A stretch of 64,000 nt of DNA from the human T2T-CHM13v2.0 reference genome, Homo sapiens: assembly GCF_009914755.1 (NCBI RefSeq), contig NC_060942.1. One strand, written 5' to 3'. The notes beneath the pieces are model-generated. The model did no database searches. It saw only the letters and a list, made by a program, of their open reading frames with translations, and had not been told where the DNA came from. The position numbers and the translations under genes are program-made. Shown piece by piece: positions 1 through 15,300 of the stretch (its first letter is position 1; each line of letters opens with the position of its first letter).

Positions 1-249
1 ATTTTGGATAATGGATTCATTTAAGCATCACAATCTGAAAATAAGTACATTATTGCACAGAATATAAAGAATATAAATGTACATAAAACAGGATATAATC
101 ATGGACAAAACACTTCTTAGTATTATTGACTCCGTGCATACATTTTTCAGCACAAACATCTCAGCATAAGCTAAATTTCAGAACCATTTAACCAATTCAG
201 CATCAGTAGAAAAATCATTAATAAAAGGAGATAATAATCATAAAAACAA

Positions 250-530
250 GGCCTGGTGTGGTGGCTTACACCTGTAATCCTAGCACTTTGGAAGGCCAAG
301 GGGGGTGGATTGCCTGAGGTCAGGAGTTAAGCCTGGCCCTAACATGGCGAAACCCCATCTCTACTGAAAATACAAAAATTAGCCGGACATGGTGGTGGGT
401 GCCTGTAATCCCAGCTACTCTGGAGATTGAGGCAGGAGAATCACTTGAACCTGGGGGTGCTGAAGTTGCAGTGAGCCAAGATCACACCACTTCACCCCAG
501 AATGGAGTGAAACTCCATCTCGGCGGGGGG
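250..530 (+). mobile_element. AluS-type SINE with internal deletions and a G-run in place of the poly(A) tail
   Basis: GGCCTGGTGTGGTGGCTTACACCTGTAATCC start, A-rich linker, right arm ending ACTCCATCTC, then GGCGGGGGG. Confidence 0.95.
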
Positions 531-1712
531 AAGAACAATGAGATTTACCACATACAAGATATCTCATTTGAAAATGAAACTTTTGGCACAGTAAATATGG
601 CATCACCTTAGGGAAGTTATTGAAATAAAAATGCAAAAATATCTAAATCCTCCATGTAGGGAATATAGCTGTGGGTTTACGAATCTTTTTTCTTTATTAT
701 CTAAGGGGCACTCACAGAATCTAAAGGTCATTTCTATTAGTGCCAAATATCAAGAAAGCATTACTAGAAGATAAAGGATATGTTTTTGAGGCTTTCCCTT
801 TTTTTGGTTTCAATATGTTGAAATGATTGCTTCCCAAAAAATTAAAGTCTTCATAAAAGTTGTGGATGTATAAACACAATGTTTGTTTGATAAAAATAGG
901 TCAGAATGGCCTATTTTTGGAAGTATCTAATAAATGTTTATGGAATAAATAAATGGATGGCCAATGAATATAAACAAATCCATATAGTTCCATAAAGCAA
1001 TAAAAATGTCTTTAAAAGCTGAAATTTCTGGTTAATTCTATGGTAAAAGTATTTCCAAAACTGTCACCAGTTGAACTGTGCTAAGTTCATAAGTTATGGA
1101 GATATTGCCAATGGACTTTGACATCCTATAATCAGCTCACTGGAATAGTAACTAAGCATCAATCTCTGAAAAGGTCTAGAATCTTGTCCAATAATCCTAA
1201 TCAGAGCCTCTGAATAGCTCAGCCTCTGGAGTCAAATACTCACCTGTGATTCGTCGCGAGGTGCTTCTTATGCAGACGTGTTGACCAACATAAGGATCCA
1301 CCTGTCAAGAGACATCAAAACTTCCTCAACTGCCTTTTCCACCTGGCCTTACATGGGTGAACCTGGAGTGACCAGATGTTTTTTAGAACTGCCCCATGAC
1401 TCAAGGTAGAGTCATGCACCTCCATCTTGTGATTCTATTGCAGGGCTAATTAAGTTTTGTGAAGGAAAAAGAACTCATAAATTATTGCAATGGTTTAGAG
1501 AAAGAAGTTTCTTCATGGCCATGGATCCACGTTTCATATTGATGATGGCTATTCATTGGAGTGCCTGCAATGGTCACAGGGTTCCAAGTTTTCCATCAGC
1601 AACCAGATATGACTGCCCCAAATAGTCAATGAACTCCAGAAAGTATAGAGATGATTGTACCCGTGATAAAAGTTTTGCATGTTAGAAATGGAAGGAATTA
1701 TTAGTAATCCTA

Positions 1713-2910
<1,198 letters not shown>

Positions 2911-3636
2911 TGCATTCACTCCCAACTCACTGACTCCTCCTTCCCCTCGTTCATCCCTTGAGCCTGTCCATTGAAATTTTATTCCACTTATTGTATTTTT
3001 CACTTTTAAAATTTCAGTTTGCTTCTTTATACCTTCTACTATTTTGCTGAGGCTTTCTATTTCTTTGCTGGGATTTTCTATTTCTTTTCTCCAACTTTCT
3101 GTTTCATTCGTTTGTTTCAAGTGTGTTCATACCAGCTCGTTGACACATTGTTGTAGGGCTTCTTTCAACCCATTTTGAATAATTCTAACACGTGTGACCT
3201 TTGGTCTTGGCAGCTTCTGATCATCTTTTCTCATTCCATTTGGGATCTCCCTGATTCTTCGTATGACAAGCGGTTTTCCATTGAAACACAGACATTTTGG
3301 GCATTGTCTTATGCGGCTCTGGGTCTTCTCTAAACCTTCCTTTTAGCTGGCTCCCTCTGGCATCCCTCCAGTGGGGAAGGGAGCCACCACCACCTCATGA
3401 CTGCCAAATGAGAACAGAAGTCCAAGAGCCTCAGCTGCACTCCACTGACACCCAGGGTGGGGCTGGTCATTACTGTGGTGGAGGTGGTTTCTGCCTTCCC
3501 ACAAGCCTCTGCTGATACTTTCCTGTCCAGAAGGGGCTGGAAAGCCGGGCATCTGCTCCGTTCACAGCCTTGAATGACACCAGCACTCTGACCCCAAACC
3601 AGAGGGGCAGCAAGGGGCCTCCTTACCACTCAGACT

Positions 3637-3968
3637 GCCAAAGACTGGGCATCTTAAACCACAGACAGTAATTTTCTCATAGTTCTGGAGGCCAGAAGTT
3701 GAAGATTAAGGTGCCAGCAGAGCCCATGTCTGGTGAGGGCTCTCTTTATGGCTTGCAGACAGCAGCCTTCTTGTTGTGTCTTCACATGGACTTTCATCTC
3801 TCTCTTCCTCTTTTTTATAAGGACACTAATCCTGTAGGACCAGGGTCCCACCCTTATGACCACATTTAACATAATTATCTCCTTGTAGAGCCTGTCTCCA
3901 AACACAATCATGTTGTGGGTTAAGGCTTCAGCATATGAATTTTGGAGGATACAATTCAGTGCATGGCA
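3637..3968 (-). mobile_element. MLT1A-type MaLR solo LTR
   Basis: Reverse complement starts TGCCATGCACTGAATTGTATCCTCCAAAATTCATATGCTGAAGCC; plus strand has AGTTCTGGAGGCCAGAAG. Confidence 0.8.
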
Positions 3969-4281
3969 GGAGGGGAAGTCCAGGTTCCCAAAGTGGTCTG
4001 CACTGACACAGGCATCATTGCCAGCCAGCAAGATGAAACTCCCATCTCCTGGAATGCAGACTTCTCTGACACCACCCTAGTGGGGAATTGGCTGCCTCAG
4101 CCCACATGTCTAGGTTCTCCACCAGGCCTTTTCTGGTGGGCAGGGCCACAGTTTTCTTGCAGTGTTTCACTGATGGAGTGGTTATTGACTAAAAGTTATC
4201 TGTTGTACTTGGCTGCCTCTTTCCTGCTCCTCTGGCAAGAGAGCAAGTTTTGTAGGGGCTGCTTTCATCTGAGCATGTTGA

Positions 4282-4703
<422 letters not shown>

Positions 4704-4763
4704 AGTAGTTTATATTTCTTAAAATAATTTTAGAAACATTTGTTTTTAAGTGTATTGGTATAA

Positions 4764-5073
<310 letters not shown>

Positions 5074-5453
5074 CACAGTCATCTTATGTGTGTTGTATAT
5101 ATCATGTCCAGAGGGGTTAGTTGTGCTTAATGGGAGGAATAGAGAAAACTATATTTACCCCATCTTTCCAGGCACAGAAGTCTCAACCATTGTTTGTTAA
5201 GGAGTTCCAATTAGATGTCAACATTTACAAATTTTCTATAACTCTGTTTCTATGTTTTCTTAAACAATCAGAAACACTATTCCCTGAGAGCAGCAGAGGC
5301 AAGACCTACGTCATGTCTGCTCCCTTGAAAAGGTCACAGTTACTCTGGTAGCTTCAGTTCTCACCTGAACGTTCACACACATCGATTACTGGCCCAGCCC
5401 TCATGGAGAAGGCTGAGCCAAGCTTGAATGAGGGTCTGGGCTATTGCTGGGTG

Positions 5454-5903
5454 TGTCAGTCACGGTTCAACCAGAAAAATAGAACCACTGGAAGAGACAG
5501 ACAGACAGATACAGATAGAGAGAGATGGAGAACTGTGTGTCAAGAATTGCCCTGTGTGATCATGAGACTGAAAACTAAATCTAAAATCTCGTAGGGCAGG
5601 CAGTCAGGAAGGGTGTCCCCAGTGCAGGGTGAGCCATGAACACCCTGATGCTATTTGGAGTCCAGGGCAAGGAATACCTGAGCCTTCCTGTGCAGGGCTC
5701 TGCTGATCACACCCACCAGCATGCTCCACTTACTTAAGGTCAACTGAGAAGGATTCAATGGCTTCTGCAAAATCCCTTCACAGCAGACCACAATGAGTAT
5801 TTGGTTGAATAAGCAGGCAAAGTGTGTGCATGCTACACAATGGCAGCTCCTCCTGCCTCCTGTCCTCATCCAGCCTAGCTTAGTTGATGTCAATAAACAT
5901 CAC
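5454..5903 (-). mobile_element. MLT2-type ERVL LTR (degenerate)
   Basis: TGTCAGTCACGGTTCAACCAGAAAAATAGAACCACT, internal GACA/GA repeat, CTGCAAAATCCCTTCACAGCAG. Confidence 0.6.
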
Positions 5904-6049
5904 ATGGGTGGAGGAACAGGCACACCAAGGGAGGGCTAGTGTCCTGCACACTCACTTCCACATGCTGTCACTCATTTCTCATTATCACAGACATAACAAG
6001 CATCATACCAACCTACGCTCATTTTTAAAATTTTTCAAAAAGTATCACT

Positions 6050-6580
6050 TGCTCCACTCCTAGGTATATACCTAAAAGAATTAAAAACAGGTATCAAACA
6101 AGTACATGGATAGACAGGGTCACAGCAGCATTGTTCACAATCACCAGAAAGTAGAAATGGCCCAAATGCACACTGATGGATGGATGGGTAAACAAATTGT
6201 GGTATAGCAATACAACAGAATATTATTCAGCCATAGAAAGGAATGGAGTACTCACACATGGTACAATGTGAATGAACACTGAAAGCATTATGCCAAGTGA
6301 AATAAGTCAGACACAAAAGATCATATGTTGTGTATATGATATTTCCACAATAGGTAAACCTGTGGGGACAAAAACCAGACTAATGGTTCTAAGACTAGTG
6401 GGTAGGAGGCAAGGGAGATGGACTGCTGACTGGGTACGAGGTATACTTTTGGGCAGGTTAAAAGGTTTGGGGACTAAATAGGGGTGGAGCTTACACAACA
6501 TTGTGAATGTATTGAATGACACCAAAGCGTGGACTTTAAAATTGTTAATTATATGCTAATTAACATAAATGTATATATTC
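6050..6580 (+). mobile_element. L1MB-like 3' end fragment
   Basis: CCACTCCTAGGTATATACC...CAGCAGCATTGTTCACAAT...TATTATTCAGCCATAGAAAGGAATGGAGTAC. Confidence 0.8.
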
Positions 6581-6773
6581 TAAACAGTATCACTTTAGGA
6601 AAATGTACTCAGAGGAAGAAAGTTCTCCCTGCTGCCCTCTCTGTGAACCTGAAATACCTAATGCAGGCCCGACCTTTCACATATGAGGATGCTAAATCAC
6701 CTGCCCCAGGCCAAACGGGTAAGGAGACAGAGACAGGGCAGGGACATCACTCTGAAAAATGACGACTCTTTAA

Positions 6774-7171
<398 letters not shown>

Positions 7172-8579
7172 AAGCACACGTTTTTAAGAGAAAATAAATG
7201 CCACCACATCAGCCTGCCTAGTCAAATTTCTGCTCATGACAAGTTGAGGCTCAAAGGTAAAGAGAAGAAAGCTAGAGATGGAAAATTTGAGAGAAGCCTC
7301 ACAATGTAAAGAAAGGAAGACACTCAAGGTAAACCCCACAAGATAGTAAATCCACTACTGCATGTCTCCAAGAGCCCTTTCTCTTGAGCTAAACCTAAAC
7401 CTCGTGGAGGTGAGCAATGCGCACCTGTGACTTCAGCAATAATCAATGCTGTCTCTGATAAGGAAATCCAGTCAGGGGTCCAGAGAGTAGAAGGAGAAAA
7501 GAGCAGTCACTGCAGGGCAAAAAGCAGAGGCCACCCCACTGCACCCACCCAGACTCCCAAGACATCTAGGGAAGAAGCTGGGAGGCTCAGACATGGGCCA
7601 CAAGTACAGAGCACTGTGTTTTGCTGCTGTTCCCATGACTATGTTTGCCCCCAGCCTGGAGGAAACAGGATTTCATCTCAAACTTGCTGCTTTTGTGAAA
7701 GTGTTGACCAGCATGCCACCCTCCACACCCCTCCCTGCAGAAGCACAAAGGGAGGTGGGACCGATTCTCAGAAGCAGAGGTCAGCACAGCATCCTGGGGT
7801 GGATCGGGTGGATGTATGAGGCAGAGGAAGTGAAGGGGCTGCAGGGACAGAGAGCGACTGGACTGGAGCTCAGGTTTAGGGGGACCTACTGCTTCTTGGG
7901 GGGTTTCAGTTTGAAGACAGACTAAGTGGGGTAAGTTAAATGCTCATGGAATTGGTCAGGCTATGGATTTGGTATTTCCTATCCCTTTCCAAACAGGAAC
8001 TTACAAGGACGTTTTGTGTTTCACAAAGCTCCTTGGAGAGGGATAGTCTATGCTTTTCTTTGGTAGCACATTCCCAATCTTACTAACACTCAATTTCCAC
8101 AGTCATTTTCTGGTGTCACCTTTTTTTTTATTAATAATAATGTTTGTTCGCTTGTTTGTTTTTTGCATTTCTCAAGCTCTTTTGTCATTAAGGGGAAGCT
8201 TTGTGGCCATCCTAACCAGTTCACACACTAAAGAGACTATCTCGGGTTATGCTCAAAACTACCTACACAATTGTAATTTCATAAAGAATGTTCAGGCCAA
8301 TGGTCCATGATAAAGAATCCTTTGAAGTAGGTAGAGGGAAAACTACTTTCTTAACTCTGAGAGAGGAAATTTAGGAAACTGGTGTTGTATTAACGAAGGA
8401 TGGATTTCTTCTTTCTACAATAAGTGTTTATGTACATATCCTTCAAGTAACAGAAGCAGATACGTAAATAATTGAATTTATGAGACATTATTTACAGAAA
8501 AATCTCTGTTCTATCTGGGATCAAGATATAGAAGAAAAGTTAATTCACTTTCTAGTGTTTACACATAGCAAATGATACC

Positions 8580-8760
8580 AATTTGAATACTCTTCTAGGT
8601 ACTTTACATGCCATCTTTAATTCTCACCATAATCCTACAAATTAGTCTGTATTGATCTCATTTTACAACGAGAAAAACAGGCTGACAACCTGCCCAAGGT
8701 CTAACAGCTCACAATTATTTTCTTAGCCTAACCCTGGACTTGGGTGACACAATACTCTTT
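8580..8760 (-). mobile_element. MIR SINE fragment
   Basis: CTCATTTTACAACGAGAAAAACAGGCT...CCTGCCCAAGGTC core-like motif. Confidence 0.6.
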
Positions 8761-9581
8761 GATTGAAGGAAAAATGCACCAGTTAGCTATGCCCCAAATA
8801 GGACCACACATTGACAATAGTGTGGATTACTGTATTTGAAAACCCAAATTTTACTACTGTCACTGATATATGAGATTTCTCCTTCCACTTCATCACTTCA
8901 GCCTTTCCTAGAGAAAGTCTGTGGGTTTCTATTATTTTCTGTAATTTCTCAAACTGAATGTCTGCTCAAGGCCAGAAAAACCAGGCAACCTGAAGATAAG
9001 TTGCTATCAAGTTTCATTTTACATCTGTTCCTTTTGGTTTCCAAACTGGCTGTATAGATTTTCTTCATTTCTATAATTTTATGAAGGAAAGAATTCATTA
9101 ATGAAAATAGAGGGAGAAAATATGTAAATTAGTTAAAACAGAAAATTAATATCCATAAAACACAAGGAGTTTCTTCAAATCAATGAGAAAAATCCAAGCA
9201 AAAAGGCAATGGATATAAATAAGCTTTCCACAAGAGAGAAATCAAATGACACAAAATTTATGAAAATATGCTCAATCATACCTCTAATCAAGATGAGATC
9301 ATGAATTCCTCTTCTGTTAATAAAAGAGTAGCTTGTATTAGACTAACTTCCAACGGATAAAAAATATAAACTTTGAAAAAAATATAAAAATCACCTAATT
9401 AGAGATTAATGAAAAGGAGGCACAAAACCCAAGGGAACTTAATATTTTAAAGAGGGGCCTGCACAGGGTGAGATGCAGGATTATGTGGCTTTTTCTGAGA
9501 GCACACGCTCACCTGGGTGGAATAAAGCTGCTGAGACTCAAGCGGAAAGCCAGGGATTACCGCCTTAAGAAGTCAGAATAC

Positions 9582-9967
<386 letters not shown>

Positions 9968-10277
9968 CTACTTCCAAATATAAAGTCTGCCCAAAATTTT
10001 AGCTGATTTCTGATTTACATATGCACAGGAGAAACTTCAGGAGGATCAGCAGAAAAGATGAGTAAAAGGGAGAGATTTTAGTGGTGACAGAGAAACAGGG
10101 TTTGGAGTTTGAGTTCAGCCAGGGTAATTGACTGCTAGAATGTTCTTCAAAAAACATATAAAAAAATCCAAAGTCTGCAGTGTAATAGCCAGACTCTCAA
10201 GTACCCAAAAATTAGTAGACATGCAAAAAAAAAAAATCAACCATAGTCAAGAGAAAAAGCAATCAAAACTGACTCCA

Positions 10278-10614
<337 letters not shown>

Positions 10615-10939
10615 TTAGCAGAAAATAACTTAAATCAGATATTATAAATATGTTCAAAAACTTGAAGGAAAATATAGTCATAATCAATGAAAAAATTACA
10701 AATACAGCAGAGTAAGAGTAACTATTAAAACAAAAACCAAATGAAAATTATAGAACTGAGAACTCCATTAACTGAAGGAGTGAATATAGTGAAGTAGCAC
10801 AAGAAAGAATCAGTAAAATTGAAAATGAATGTACACAATAATACAATCTGAAGAATAGAGAGGGTAAAAAAATAAATAAATAAAAGGACAGCATCTCACA
10901 GACCTAAAGGAGAATATCCAAGTTATAAATTTATACACA

Positions 10940-11353
<414 letters not shown>

Positions 11354-11950
11354 TCAAGGCTCTCAGTGAACTCCCAGTAAAAAAAAAAAATTCAAAGAAA
11401 AAAGAAAATCTTGAAAATAGTTGAAGGAAAAGACACATTACATACAAGAAAACAATATCAGTGATATTTATCTTCTCACCAGACACAATGGAGGAAATGG
11501 AATTAACATCACCAAAGTGCTGAAAGAAACTGTAAGCCCAGAATTCTTTATCAAGTAAAACTATTATTTAAAAATGAACATAAAAAAAAACACTTATTTC
11601 TTGTTCTGTATATCTGCATAACAAGTAAATTTTTGTAGTCTGAAGGCAAATGACACCGGGTAGATCTATAAGAAGGAAAGAAGAATACTAAAAGTGGTAG
11701 TTGTGTAGGTTGCTATCAAAAGTTATAATTTTCTCAATTTATTTAAGACATATCACTATTTAAAGCAAATATTACAGCAATGCATTGTAAAAATAATAAC
11801 ATGCATAGCTGTAATATACATATAAGAACAATAGCACAAAGGATGGAGGAACTATGCTGTTATAAATTTCTTCCTAATTATGTGAAATAGTATAATATTA
11901 GCCTTAAGCAGAGCATTATTAAAGGTGCAGTGTAATCTCCACAGCAATCA

Positions 11951-12032
11951 CTAACACGTAATGTAAAGTGCTAACACATAATGTAAAGTGTAACACATAA
12001 TGTAAAGTACTAACACATAATGTAAAGTGCTA
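11951..12032. repeat. 20-bp minisatellite, 4 copies
   Basis: CTAACACATAATGTAAAGTG x4 with single-base variants. Confidence 0.95.
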
Positions 12033-12394
12033 TAGCCAAAAAGACAATTAAAGAATTATATTAGAAGCCTAAAAGAATATTTGAATAACCAACAATAAGA
12101 GAGGAAAGGAAGAATAAAGGAACAATGCAACAAACAAAAAAGATAAATGAAAACAAAAGAGTAAACCACAAATAGACTATATTAATAATTACATTGAGTG
12201 TAGGTTAATTTTCATCCAAGAAAAAGGCAGGGATTCTGAGACTGGATAAAAAATGTAAACCTCAATGATGTGCTAACTACTAGATTCCTGTAAATATAAA
12301 TATCAACGTAAAACATAAATGTACAGGTTGAAAGTAAAAGGTTGAAATATACATTACATATATTTTATAAAAATAAGCTGCTAATAGCTACATT

Positions 12395-15300
12395 TTATTT
12401 TCAATTTCCATGGGTACATAATAGGTGTATGTATTTATGGAGTACATGAGAGATTTTGATACAGACATGCAATGTGTAATAATCACATCAGGGTAAATGG
12501 GTATCCATCAACTCAAGCATTTATCCCTTGTGTTACAAACAATCCAATTATACTTTTTTAGTTTTTTTAATGTACAATTAAATTATTTTTTAATCAGATT
12601 ATTATATTTTCCCTATAGAGTTGCTTGAACTCCATATTCTGTTTATTAATCCTTTCTCAGATGAGTAGTTTGCAAATATTTTCTCCCATTCTGTGAGTTG
12701 TCTCTTCACTTTGTTGATTTTTTTCCTTTGCTGTGCAGAAGCTTTTTAACCTGATGTGATCCCATTTGTCCATTTTTGCTTTGGTTGCCTGTGTTTGTGG
12801 GGTATTACTCAAGAAATCTTTGCCCACTCCAATGTCCTGGAGAGTTCCTCCAATGTTTTCTTTTAGTAGTTTCATGGTTTGAGGTCTTATGTTTAAGTCT
12901 TTAATCCATTATGATTTGATTTATATATGTGGCGAGAGATAGGGGTCTAGTTTCATTCTGCATATGGATATCCAGTTTTCCCAGCATCATTTATTGAAGA
13001 GACTTTTCTTTATACAATGTATGTTCTTAGAACCTTTGTCAGAAATGAGTTCACGGTAAGTGTATGGATTTGTTTCTGGGTTCCATTGTTCTATGTGTCT
13101 ATTTTGTTCCATTGTTCTATGTGTCTGTTTTTATGCCAGTACCATATTGTTTTGGTTACTATAGTTCTGTAGTGTAATTTCAAGTTAGGTATTGTGATTC
13201 TTCCAGTTCTTTTCTTTTCACTTAGGATAGCTTTGGCTATTCTGGGTCTTTTGTGGTTCCATATACATTTTAGAATTGTTTTCTCTATTTCTGTGAAGAA
13301 CATCATTGGTATTTTGACAGAGATTGCACCAAATCTGTAGATTGCTTTGGGTAGCAGGGTCATTTTAACAATGTTGATTCTTCCAATCCATCAACGTGGA
13401 ACATCTTTCCATGTTTTGGTGTCTATTCAATTTCGTCCATCAGTGTTTTATAGTTTTCATTATAGAGATCTTTCACTTCTTTGTCATTATAGAGATCTTT
13501 CACTTCTTTGGTTAAGTTAATTCCTAGCTATTTAATTTTATTCGTGGCTATTCTAAATGGGATTACTTTTTTATTTCTTTTTCAGATTGTTCGCTGTTGG
13601 CATATAGAAATGTTACTGGTCTTTGTATGTTGATTTTGTATCCTGCAACTTTACCGAATTTATTTATCGGTTCTAATAGTTGTTTTGTAGAGTCTTTAGA
13701 CTTTTCAAAACATAAGGTCATATCATCAGCAGACAAGGATAATTTGATTTCTCCCTTTCCAATTTGGATGCCCTTTATTTGCCTCGCTTGTCTAATTCCT
13801 CTAGCTAGGACTTCCAGTACTATGTTGGATAACAGTGTTCAAAGGGGAAATTCTTGTCATGTTCTCGGTCTTAGAGGAAAAGTTTTCAGGTTTTTCTCAT
13901 TCATTATGACACTAGCTGTGGGTCAGTCACATATGGCTTTTATTATGTTCAGGTATGTTCTCTCTATACTGTTTTTTTGAGGGTTTTTTTTATCATGAAG
14001 GGATGTTGAATTTTATCAAATGCCTTTTCAGTTTCAATTGAAATGATTATATGGTTTCATCCTTCATTCTGTTGATATAATGTATCATATTGATTGATTT
14101 GTGTATGTTGAACCACCCTTGCATCCCTGGGATAAATTCCACTTGGCCATGATAAGTGATCTTTTTAATGTGTTGTTGAATTTTGTTTTCTAGTATTTTG
14201 AGAGAAATTTTGCATCAATATTCATCAGAAACATGGGTCCATAGTTTGCTTTTTTTGATATGCCTTTGTTTGGTTTTGGTATGAGAGAAATACTAGCCTC
14301 AAGGAATGAGTTTGGAAGTATTCTATCCTCCTCTACTTTTAAGAATAGTTTGAGTAGGATTGGTATTAGTTCTTCTTTAAATGTTTGGTAGAATTCAGCA
14401 ATGAAGCCAGCAGGTCCCAGGCTGTTGCTTGCTAGGAGACACTTTATTATGGCTTTGATATCATTACTTGTTATTGGTCTTTTCAGGTTTTGGATTTCTT
14501 CATGGTTCACTCTTGGTAGGTTGTGTGTGTCTAGGACTTTATTTCTTTTGGATTTTCCAATTTATTGGCATATGGTTGCTCATAATAGCCATTAATCATC
14601 CTTTGAATTTCTGCAGTATTGATTGTAATGTCTCGTTTTCCATCTCTGATTTATTTGGGTCTTTTCTCTTTTTTTCCTAGTTTGGTGAAAGGTTTGTCAA
14701 TTTTGTTTATCTTTTCAGAAAGCCAACTTTTCATTTTGTTAATCTTTTGTATTACTTTATTGATTTCAATTTTATTTATTTCTACTCTGATGTTTATCAT
14801 TTATTTTCCTCTACTAACATTGAGTTTGGTTTGCTCTTGCTTTTCTAGTTCTTTAAGATGTATTGCTAGGTTTTGAAGTTTCTCTTCCTTTTTGATATGG
14901 GGGCTTATAGCTATAAACTTCCCTCTTAGTACTGTTTTCACTGTATCCCACAGGTTTTGATATGTTGTGTTTCAATTATTATTTGTCTCAAAAAAATTTC
15001 AATTTTCTTCTTTATTTCTCCATTGACCCACTGGTCATTCAGAGCATATTATTTAATTTCTATATGTTTGTGTAGTTTCCAAAATTCCTGTCTTTATTTA
15101 TTTCTCATTTTATTCCATTGTAGTCAGAGAAGATATTTTATATTAGTTAAGTTTTAGTGAATGTTTTAAGACTTGTTTCGTAGCCTAACATATGGTCTAT
15201 CCTTGAGAATGCTCCATGGGCTGAGGAGAAGAATGTGTTCTGCAACCATCAGATGAAACGTTTTGTAAATATTTATTAGATCCATTTTGTCTTTAGTGCA

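Noticed and set aside
1395-1416. Inverted repeat CATGACTC-N6-GAGTCATG
   Set aside because: An 8-bp stem is expected by chance in 64 kb and is too short for a pre-miRNA.
11951-12032. Possible CRISPR-like array
   Set aside because: Contiguous tandem units without spacers, in eukaryotic DNA, with no cas genes.
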